A DNA stretch of 42,005 bases from a virus. Shown one piece after another: positions 8,939 through 16,412 of this stretch. How positions within the stretch are numbered: position 1 is the stretch's first letter; each line of letters begins with the position of its first letter. Below the pieces are notes generated by a model, which saw nothing but the letters and a program-made list of their open reading frames with translations, was not told the DNA's origin and ran no database searches. The stretch lies in the IMG/VR virus record IMGVR_UViG_3300037088_000812, positions 64,001 through 106,005 of that record. One strand, written 5' to 3'. The translations under genes were made by a program, and so were the position numbers.

Positions 8939-9575
8939 TTGGTCTTTGATCTTATGTATTATTTACTGGGCAATATTTGCCTCCTCATTTGTATTTCCTT
9001 CGTTTAAGAAAACACCGATCTACTCAATAAGTCTAACATCGATTATAGTAGTCCAACTAGGGGGTGTAGGCAAAACAGTTTACAAAAGATGGCGAAAGAA
9101 GCATCCTACAAAAAAGACCATAGCTCTTAACCTCTTATCAGATAAACCAAAGCCAGATAGTGTGTGGCGCAGCTTTGACGATAGAATTACAAAAATCTAT
9201 GATACTCTTGGTCAAGTAAGTTGCGTCTCAATTAAATTAAATAATCGAAGATGTAAAATGTACATGTATCATAATGGTTTTCTTCGTTCTATTAGAATAG
9301 AACATAGAGGATTTGAAGAATGGTTTTCTTGGTTAAATGATATTAAATGCCACTTCTTTGAAAAGAAAAATACGAAATGTGCTCAATGGAAATCATGGTT
9401 TGCTAACGGCGAAATACAACAAAACGGCTGGATGAATAAAGAGGGTGATTGTATAACTTACCCACATATGACAGACGACAAGTTTGTTAACTCTCTAATA
9501 TTTAAAGACGGCTATGCATTAGGTCCTGATATGAAATATTACCCAGATGAAGATGAAGGATATGACGCAATTTAA
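8895..9575 (+). CDS. Membrane protein with C-terminal MORN-like repeats
   Basis: Two N-terminal hydrophobic helices; C-terminus WFANGEIQQNGWMNKEGDCITY... Confidence 0.5.
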   Translation: MKIWMIYVKKFLKSNWSLILCIIYWAIFASSFVFPSFKKTPIYSISLTSIIVVQLGGVGKTVYKRWRKKHPTKKTIALNLLSDKPKPDSVWRSFDDRITKIYDTLGQVSCVSIKLNNRRCKMYMYHNGFLRSIRIEHRGFEEWFSWLNDIKCHFFEKKNTKCAQWKSWFANGEIQQNGWMNKEGDCITYPHMTDDKFVNSLIFKDGYALGPDMKYYPDEDEGYDAI

Positions 9576-9876
9576 TTTGACTGATTTTGAAACAATAAAA
9601 AATAAGTGGGTATACGACGTTAGGAATTATCGTAAGTTGCTCATAAAGCCGCTAGAGACGTTTTTTCATATCGATGGTGGAAACTGCTTATCGGTATTAA
9701 TTATTACAGGTTGGTGGCCTGGTGCAGGTGTTGATATGGAAGAAGCTCAGATAGAAAAAACTTGGATGACAGAAGAAAGGCTAAAATATCTCCAGATAGA
9801 TACAGATGTAGATCCAGACTTAGTGGCAAATTGTAAAAATCTTGAAACACGATGGTTACTGAGGGGCAACAACTAA
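9547..9876 (+). CDS. hypothetical protein
   Basis: ORF overlapping the upstream gene by 29 nt. Confidence 0.4.
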   Translation: MKMKDMTQFNLTDFETIKNKWVYDVRNYRKLLIKPLETFFHIDGGNCLSVLIITGWWPGAGVDMEEAQIEKTWMTEERLKYLQIDTDVDPDLVANCKNLETRWLLRGNN

Positions 9877-9909
9877 TAAAAGCATAATTTAATTTATAGG
9901 AGAAAGTAA

Positions 9910-10641
9910 GTGAGAATATTTGCAAATCATCTTGAAGCTATTAAAGAATTATTACGTGAGTTGAAAGAACTATCTATTACTACGCCATTAAACCACTATC
10001 AAGATAAATGGGTAAAAGGTGATAAAAATTTCTATACTAAAGAATTAATCGGTTATACATATAAGGTAAGTGATGCTTCTGCTAAGCTCGATGAAATGGT
10101 AGAATTCCTTTACAAAGATGAAGCTAAACCAATCATTGAGTATTGCGAGCTTGAATTGCATGACCGCTTATCTGGCGAATCTAAAAATCCAGGCGATGCC
10201 CACAAATCAAGATATAGTCTTTGGGAAGAGTTCCTTGAGGATAAGCAGAAATTCAGCTATACCTATAGTGAAAGGATAAATGACCCCAAACTCGAAAAAA
10301 ATCAAATACAAACAATCATTGACGAACTAAAAACGTCACCTGATTCTCGACAAGCAATAGTACAAATCTATAACTACCTTTATGATTCAAAGAACATTGG
10401 CGGCAAACATAGAATACCGTGCTCAATGCATTATCAGTTCTTAATACGAAATAAGAAACTTCATGGTATTTATGTAATGCGATCTAACGACTTACTTACT
10501 CATTATGTAGTGGATATTTGGCTCGCTAGCAAGATCCAGATGCACATAGCTGAACAATTAGGAATAGGCGTAGGATCTTTCACCTATTTTTCTGGCAGTT
10601 TACATGCATATGCGAAAGACTTCCCGAAGTTTGTATTTTAA
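9910..10641 (+). CDS. Deoxycytidylate (dCMP) hydroxymethylase, T4 gp42-like (thymidylate synthase superfamily)
   Basis: SPDSRQAIVQIYN matches gp42 NPDSRRGIMIYTR. CSMHYQFLIRNKKLHGIYVMRSNDLLTHYVVD matches gp42 CTNTVQYLIRDKKINAVVNMRSNDVVFGFRND. GSLHAY matches GSLHVY. Catalytic Cys is present, and Asp replaces the TS Asn that specifies uracil. RBS TAGGAGAAAG; GTG start. Confidence 0.8.
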   Translation: MRIFANHLEAIKELLRELKELSITTPLNHYQDKWVKGDKNFYTKELIGYTYKVSDASAKLDEMVEFLYKDEAKPIIEYCELELHDRLSGESKNPGDAHKSRYSLWEEFLEDKQKFSYTYSERINDPKLEKNQIQTIIDELKTSPDSRQAIVQIYNYLYDSKNIGGKHRIPCSMHYQFLIRNKKLHGIYVMRSNDLLTHYVVDIWLASKIQMHIAEQLGIGVGSFTYFSGSLHAYAKDFPKFVF

Positions 10642-10650
10642 GGATTTATC

Positions 10651-10833
10651 ATGAATCATTGCGATAGTTGTAAACATTTTGAAAGAGATGGGGCATTTGA
10701 TGTTCCTTGCCCGCCAGATCTTAATTTACCTGGCCCGTGCCATTCTTTCGCACCTCATTGCACATATGATCCTAAGTGGATAAAAGTCAGTAGACCTGAA
10801 GAACACTATTGTGCTCACTGGCAAGAAGTATGA
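10651..10833 (+). CDS. small Cys/His-rich protein
   Basis: 7 Cys and 6 His in 60 aa. Confidence 0.4.
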   Translation: MNHCDSCKHFERDGAFDVPCPPDLNLPGPCHSFAPHCTYDPKWIKVSRPEEHYCAHWQEV

Positions 10834-10836
10834 ATT

Positions 10837-11064
10837 TTGGATAATGTAATATTCCTCGAATCAATACCTGATTTTCTACCTATCGAAAAAGCAACTGATT
10901 CTAATTATATCAAACACGTCATTTGTGAAGATGCACGTTTTCACGTGCTTTGGTGGGATACAAATGGCGAACACTGTTCTGAAGCAAAATGTATTATCAA
11001 CAAAGGTAAAAAAGTTAATGACAAAAAAAGAATGGATAAACTTCGGAGGCGAAGCAGAGTCTAA
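10837..11064 (+). CDS. hypothetical protein
   Basis: ORF; overlaps the next gene in another frame. Confidence 0.35.
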   Translation: MDNVIFLESIPDFLPIEKATDSNYIKHVICEDARFHVLWWDTNGEHCSEAKCIINKGKKVNDKKRMDKLRRRSRV

Positions 11065-11494
11065 AGTTTTAGAATGGTTAAGAGACACACGTTTAGTCGT
11101 CTTTACTACAACCTACCTATTTGGTGACCCAGATACACTCGAAAAAAATGAAGACGCTATTTATGCTCGTCAATGTAACAAGATATTAGGTGATATAGTT
11201 ATAGTTGGATACGGTAGCGTAGATGTTAAAAGAGGTATCTATAGCATTGCCTGTTCATCTATTATTGGCTTCAAAGGTAAAGACTATATTCTTACTAACA
11301 CCAACATGGAAAGAGATAAGACTTGGGTCATTCCAGGTCATGCAGCCAAGAACTACGTTAAAAACATTAAACCAATAAAATTAGCAGCAGGAGGAATGGG
11401 TTATAGACTAAAACCATGGAACATGTATACAGCTAAACTATTTGACGTTTGGCTAAAGGAGTTGATACATGGAAGCAAAACTCTATCAAGTTAA
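11018..11494 (+). CDS. hypothetical protein
   Basis: Track ORF 10925-11494. ATG 11018 (MTKKEWINFGG) has an AAGGT RBS and the least overlap. Confidence 0.4.
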   Translation: MTKKEWINFGGEAESKVLEWLRDTRLVVFTTTYLFGDPDTLEKNEDAIYARQCNKILGDIVIVGYGSVDVKRGIYSIACSSIIGFKGKDYILTNTNMERDKTWVIPGHAAKNYVKNIKPIKLAAGGMGYRLKPWNMYTAKLFDVWLKELIHGSKTLSS

Positions 11495-11759
11495 TTTTCA
11501 TCAGGGCGAAGACGTTAAGACATTATGGGAAGTTTACATTTTACAAATTGGTATTGCAATAAATGAACAGGGTGAATGTAGAAGATGCAAATTTGAAAGG
11601 GTCCGAGCTCTCAATCAAAATTTAATTGATGTAGATGTCTCATATGATTTCACAGTAACAGTCGATAAATTTATGAGAATTAAAGAAGATTTAATGCAAG
11701 CCACAGATGAGGAGTTCAAAGACCTCATAGAAGAATATGGAAGCGAAGGATCTAACTAA
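11469..11759 (+). CDS. hypothetical protein
   Basis: ORF in the gene train. Confidence 0.4.
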   Translation: MEAKLYQVNFHQGEDVKTLWEVYILQIGIAINEQGECRRCKFERVRALNQNLIDVDVSYDFTVTVDKFMRIKEDLMQATDEEFKDLIEEYGSEGSN

Positions 11760-11973
11760 GCACTTACTTAAAGATGACTCTTGTCGTAACTGCCGAATTG
11801 CCTTTAGTATGGTTGGCCGTTTGGGCAAAGATATTCCAAAATTAATAGCTTGGAATAGATGTAAATGTAAGTTCGACGAGAGTAACATTAACACAAAAGA
11901 AGTGCACTTACAACCGCCCAAAGATTGGATTTGTGATAGTTATAAAAGACACGAGACGTGGGATGGAAGCTAA
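11737..11973 (+). CDS. Small Cys4 protein, paralog family member 6 (KHLLKDDSCRNC...WICDSYK)
   Basis: Family motif. Confidence 0.5.
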   Translation: MEAKDLTKHLLKDDSCRNCRIAFSMVGRLGKDIPKLIAWNRCKCKFDESNINTKEVHLQPPKDWICDSYKRHETWDGS

Positions 11974-12220
11974 AGAAAGAACAATACATTTACTAAAAGA
12001 CGAAAGCTGCGAAACTTGCTTCGTCATTCATCAATTAAATTTCATGCTACGGAAAGATATTGAATTAGCGCTAAGCCAACTCAAATGCAAATGTATAATC
12101 GATCATTTAAACTCAAATGGTAACGATCTTACTTTAAAAGCGCCTGAAGCTATGATCTGTGAAAATTACAGCAAAGATAGAGGCATTATAGTAAACTATA
12201 AAATTTTTAACCTACCCTGA
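11963..12220 (+). CDS. Small Cys4 protein, paralog family member 7 (IHLLKDESCETC...MICENYSK)
   Basis: Start MEAKERT overlaps the previous paralog's stop. The two adjacent members share MEAKxxTxHLLKD N-termini. Confidence 0.5.
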   Translation: MEAKERTIHLLKDESCETCFVIHQLNFMLRKDIELALSQLKCKCIIDHLNSNGNDLTLKAPEAMICENYSKDRGIIVNYKIFNLP

Positions 12221-12276
12221 TTTTTCTCATCTAAACCCCATATATAATATACTATATAAAAAGTTATGGGGGAAGA

Positions 12277-13209
12277 ATGTATTATCAAAATGACGACATC
12301 AATCGTATATACTTCAATGCAATCAGCGACCTATATCAATTAGGTAATCTAACTGGTAAAAGAAAAGAATTACCATTTTTAAATTTCACGCTCACAAACT
12401 CTGATAAAAATATTCTCTTAGCACCTATGTTTGCCCAACGTAATTGGCCGTGGATTTTAAGAGAATGCTCTGATAGGCTATTTAGTATAAAGAATCCAGG
12501 CATAGCTTTTCGTTATAGCAAGAACTGGGAAAACCGCCAAGAAGATTCGGGTTTATATTCCTACCACTATTCAGACCGGTTAAATGGTCAAATGAAAGAA
12601 CTATTGTCTAAGAATAAACATGGCCGAGATAAAATTGTGATGGTTTGGAACAAGGGAGACACAGGGATAGACGGTCGTCAACCTTGCACAATTTTCTTAC
12701 AACCATTTATGGAACACGATAACAAGATGAGTATGTTAGTTACTATGAGAAACAATGATATGATTAACATTTTTCCAAGCGACATATTCATTCATAGTTC
12801 TTATCTGAAATTTTGGTGCATAAAAAACAACATTGAATACAAGAACATCTACTGGGTATCAGCAATTGCATATTACCAAAAGAAACGAGATAAGATCAAG
12901 TTTGTAGACCGACTTATAAATCAATGGAATGGTAACTATGATAATATTCAAACTACTCACTGGGATAAAGATATAATAAACGACCTTGAGATCAAAGAAA
13001 CCATAGAAGCAAATGTCCGAGATGGAGGTAAGATTGAATTGATTAACGGTCTTAAGACACCATATGTCCGAGAATGGACTAACATCATGTTAATGGCTGA
13101 AGCTAAAATGCGAGACGACAAAGAGACATTTTCTCAGTTAAAGAACTTAACATGGACTACAGAGTTTGCTTTTATTCGTGATAGTTTACTCACCCAGAAG
13201 TTTCGATAG
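12277..13209 (+). CDS. Second thymidylate-synthase/dCMP-hydroxymethylase family paralog (pyrimidine C5-modifying enzyme, specificity unknown)
   Basis: DKIVMVWNKGD matches the TS RRIIVSAWNPAD block. QPCTIFLQPF carries the catalytic Cys. MRNNDMINIFPSDIF matches gp42 MRSNDVVFGFRNDY, again with Asp at the TS-Asn position. About 100-aa N-terminal extension. GGGGGAAG RBS. Confidence 0.65.
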   Translation: MYYQNDDINRIYFNAISDLYQLGNLTGKRKELPFLNFTLTNSDKNILLAPMFAQRNWPWILRECSDRLFSIKNPGIAFRYSKNWENRQEDSGLYSYHYSDRLNGQMKELLSKNKHGRDKIVMVWNKGDTGIDGRQPCTIFLQPFMEHDNKMSMLVTMRNNDMINIFPSDIFIHSSYLKFWCIKNNIEYKNIYWVSAIAYYQKKRDKIKFVDRLINQWNGNYDNIQTTHWDKDIINDLEIKETIEANVRDGGKIELINGLKTPYVREWTNIMLMAEAKMRDDKETFSQLKNLTWTTEFAFIRDSLLTQKFR

Positions 13210-13226
13210 GGAGTTATACTCATCTT

Positions 13227-13502
13227 ATGTTAATAGATTTAAAAGACAAGAAAACAAATGTTCACCGTATCCACGAAGAAGAGCTATTTCAGCTTGGTCA
13301 TTTCAGGACTATACAAGATCTTGCTAACGTTGCAGTAGGTACAACAGTAGAGGGCACATGGCCAATAACTTTACTCAGCGGTGAAAAATTCACTGCCATC
13401 GGCACTTTAAAGAGCTATGATTCTCTACTCAAAATCTTGATCCGTCGAACAACCTCCAGGAAAAGAAAGCCCAAAGATAAAAACGACATAATATTAAAAT
13501 AG
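13227..13502 (+). CDS. hypothetical protein
   Basis: ORF in the gene train. Confidence 0.4.
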   Translation: MLIDLKDKKTNVHRIHEEELFQLGHFRTIQDLANVAVGTTVEGTWPITLLSGEKFTAIGTLKSYDSLLKILIRRTTSRKRKPKDKNDIILK

Positions 13503-13518
13503 CGCATAATTATTTGTA

Positions 13519-13734
13519 ATGTTAAAAAGTTCTAATAATGTAGTCCCGTTTGTAAGTTTGTCAGATTATTTCTCTGAAATTAAAACGACCAATATGGGCG
13601 TCATTCGTGGAAATTGCAAAATTTGTAAAGCTAATGATATAGCAATATTCGAACATCCTTGCTGGGTGGCTATACGCGAAGAATCCAAAAAGATCTTCGC
13701 TAAATTACAACAGGAGGCAGGGGATGAAGGATAA
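13519..13734 (+). CDS. hypothetical protein
   Basis: ORF in the gene train. Confidence 0.4.
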   Translation: MLKSSNNVVPFVSLSDYFSEIKTTNMGVIRGNCKICKANDIAIFEHPCWVAIREESKKIFAKLQQEAGDEG

Positions 13735-13921
13735 GATTTTCTCTGGCATCTATTGTTACAGTGCACCTCAAAAATGTCCCTATGCCCTCAAGTTTTCTAA
13801 AGACGTTGGACCGTGGTTTTGTGGCTTTTACAGTGAGACACTCCAGAGCGAGGGATCAGGACCTGATAAAGTATTGCGCTGCCCAACATGCGTCAGAAGG
13901 TCCTCTTTCTCCGGTAGATAA
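13724..13921 (+). CDS. small Cys-rich protein
   Basis: GGAGG RBS before ATG. Cys pairs CPYALK...CGFYSE...CPTCVRR. Confidence 0.35.
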   Translation: MKDKIFSGIYCYSAPQKCPYALKFSKDVGPWFCGFYSETLQSEGSGPDKVLRCPTCVRRSSFSGR

Positions 13922-14056
13922 CTACCTCACATAGCGCATATTTCATACTATAAAGTATTGATTCATGCGCGACAAAGAATTAACAAAAAAACTTCTTAAG
14001 GGATCACTCTGTACTATTGCATACGAAAGCGTCTTTCGTGGTTCAATGATAAGGGT

Positions 14057-14332
14057 GTGCTTGAACGTTTCTGCGGTGACTTCGAACAAGAACCTGCATA
14101 CGAAGTACAATGCACTTGCGGAAGCTTTCTAAGCGCTGACATAGCTGATGGCTCAGTCAAGCAACTTTTAGATGTTGTCAGAAAAAGTTATCCAGTTTCA
14201 ATTGCTAGAACTAAAACCTTTGAAGAGTTAGGTAAAATTTTTGGAGACGCTGTAGCTGAAGACATAATCAAAGCTGGTGAAATTGAAAAAAGTTGGGTTG
14301 AGCAAAAAAGAAAAAACGAAGAGACTTCTTAA
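14057..14332 (+). CDS. hypothetical protein
   Basis: ORF in the gene train. Confidence 0.4.
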   Translation: MLERFCGDFEQEPAYEVQCTCGSFLSADIADGSVKQLLDVVRKSYPVSIARTKTFEELGKIFGDAVAEDIIKAGEIEKSWVEQKRKNEETS

Positions 14333-14412
14333 GATCGTCGTTAATAGGTAAATCAGAGTATGAATGGTTGATTTGTAGATATTCTAAAATCATAAAAAAT
14401 TTGGAGAAGTAG

Positions 14413-15366
14413 ATGGAATATAACGAAGAGAAATTATGTATATTATGGCACTCTGACGCAGATGGCCTATACTCGGCTATTGCTTATTACTTAGCTCAGG
14501 GTAAACCTGAAATAGGCGGCTATCATTCTGTTGATTATGGAATTGATCATTCTAATCTAAAAGATCAATACGACAAGTTTTGGATATTTGACTACGCCGA
14601 CAATATTGGCGGTGATAAAACTGTGCTATGGGTTGATCATCATCTTAGAAGGGATGATACTTGTAAGGGAGTAGAAATTATCGAAGAAGCACCTTCTTGT
14701 GTAAGATTACTAGCTCGCAAGAATATGATTCAAATGAAAGAGAAAGATATATTATGTATAGACACAGTAGACTCTGGCGACTATACTTGGTCTGATTCCT
14801 TCACTAGAGAAGACTTATTATTCCCTGAACCAAAAGATCGATTAAGTAAATACATCATTCTAAACCAGCTCTTAAGAAAGAATAGGAAACACGGTTTAGC
14901 CGAGCGTCTATTCAACATAGAAACTCTAGACGTAGATACAAATCTTTATTACATAGAGAAAGACCCTAGCGCTGTAAGATATACTGAATATATGAATAAT
15001 AAGCAGCGCCTATTTGATAAGTTATTAAAGGGCAAATTCATTAAATATTTTGATGGCATACCCGTCCTATTTACGAAAGAGTTCGAAAAGAACGACTGGA
15101 AAGGATGGGATATGAACATGTTGGGTTATTTAAGTCATAAATCACCTTTCATGATTATTGTCTTTGATATGGCCGAAAACATAAATGTGCAAGTATTAAG
15201 AAATGTGTTTTTTAATGGTGAAAGGAAATCAGTTTTTGATATTCTTAAGGACTCCATAGATAAACCCCGTGGCCATGAAAATATATTGAACTTTACCTAC
15301 AAGACACACAATGAAGCTATAACTAAGCTAGATGGCATAATATCTAAACTAAGTGTTGAACTTTAA
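14413..15366 (+). CDS. DHH-family phosphoesterase (RecJ/nanoRNase-like)
   Basis: Motif I ILWHSDADGLYSA, motif II FDYADN and motif III LWVDHH. TTGGAGAAG RBS. Confidence 0.6.
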   Translation: MEYNEEKLCILWHSDADGLYSAIAYYLAQGKPEIGGYHSVDYGIDHSNLKDQYDKFWIFDYADNIGGDKTVLWVDHHLRRDDTCKGVEIIEEAPSCVRLLARKNMIQMKEKDILCIDTVDSGDYTWSDSFTREDLLFPEPKDRLSKYIILNQLLRKNRKHGLAERLFNIETLDVDTNLYYIEKDPSAVRYTEYMNNKQRLFDKLLKGKFIKYFDGIPVLFTKEFEKNDWKGWDMNMLGYLSHKSPFMIIVFDMAENINVQVLRNVFFNGERKSVFDILKDSIDKPRGHENILNFTYKTHNEAITKLDGIISKLSVEL

Positions 15367-15429
15367 AAATCCTCGCGAACTGACAAGTTAATATAAAATG
15401 CATTTTTTATTAAGTGAGGTGCACAAAAG

Positions 15430-15975
15430 ATGAGACAGTCAAAAGATGCCGAAGAGGTTATGGAGCTTCAGAAAGTAACAGAGCAACTAGCCGAAGATGG
15501 CGTAATATACGCAACCAATCATGGTAGCGCTCCGTTCCAGAACGGACCCGGAATGGCAGAAAAGAAATTCAGTAAACAGCAGATAATGCAAATGCTTGAT
15601 TATTGCAAAACTTATATAATGAAGGGTTACATGGATAGAAACCAGACTTGGTTAAACAAGCTTGGTATTGGTATGGAAGAGTTCCTGAAACTACGTGATG
15701 GATCTCCAAACCTTGATTATATAGAACATGATTCTGCTATTCAGTCTGACAAAGGCGATCAGCATGCACAGGGTGGCGGACCACGCGAGAAGCTTTCCTG
15801 GAACAAGACTGAGAAAGGCAAATACAATCAGATGGCACAGGGACCCGGGCCTGGACCAGTAACATCAAGAAGCAAGGATAATCCAAGGACTTCAGAAATC
15901 GACAAGCCAGAAAGCGAACTATCTTGGAAGAAGAGACCAGCTGGCAAAAAGATTACTTACGTTACAGACTACTAA
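15430..15975 (+). CDS. hypothetical protein
   Basis: TGAGGTG RBS; ORF. Confidence 0.45.
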   Translation: MRQSKDAEEVMELQKVTEQLAEDGVIYATNHGSAPFQNGPGMAEKKFSKQQIMQMLDYCKTYIMKGYMDRNQTWLNKLGIGMEEFLKLRDGSPNLDYIEHDSAIQSDKGDQHAQGGGPREKLSWNKTEKGKYNQMAQGPGPGPVTSRSKDNPRTSEIDKPESELSWKKRPAGKKITYVTDY

Positions 15976-15996
15976 GACATAAGCATATTTTCTTTT

Positions 15997-16323
15997 ATGG
16001 ATGAATTAGAAAAAGAAATATATAGCAAGTTAGATTGTAAGCATGAGATTACTAAAGAATATATAAAGGTTTTGATAGAATCTGTAAAACGGTTTGAGAA
16101 AAAACAAGAAGTATATGACATCTCAAATATCGCCGATTCTGGAGAAATAGGAATATTTACTAGAATCGGCGATTTCTTTTCCAAGATTAAAAAATACCTT
16201 TCTATTAGCGAAGAAAAACGCAAAGAACTCATGCTGACTGAAGAGAAAGTAGATAAGTACTTTTTCGATCTGGCTATTTTCGCCTTTATTGGTTACATAC
16301 TAAGAAAAGGCAATTGGAAATAG
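15997..16323 (+). CDS. hypothetical protein with C-terminal TM helix
   Basis: ORF; C-terminal hydrophobic segment DLAIFAFIGYIL. Confidence 0.4.
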   Translation: MDELEKEIYSKLDCKHEITKEYIKVLIESVKRFEKKQEVYDISNIADSGEIGIFTRIGDFFSKIKKYLSISEEKRKELMLTEEKVDKYFFDLAIFAFIGYILRKGNWK

Positions 16324-16412
16324 CATATTTAAAACAAATAAAACGTCTGTCAGACGATTAAAAACAAAAGTGTTTCGACTCACTTTAAAAACGTTTAAGG
16401 AGAAAAGTAAAT

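Noticed and set aside
13965-14060. Eighth Cys-family member starting ATG 13965 (MRDKELTKKLLKGSLCTIAYE...)
   Set aside because: It has the LLK box but has lost the CxxC pair and overlaps ORF 14057-14332 in another frame. It is at best a degenerate pseudogene and is not annotated as a CDS.
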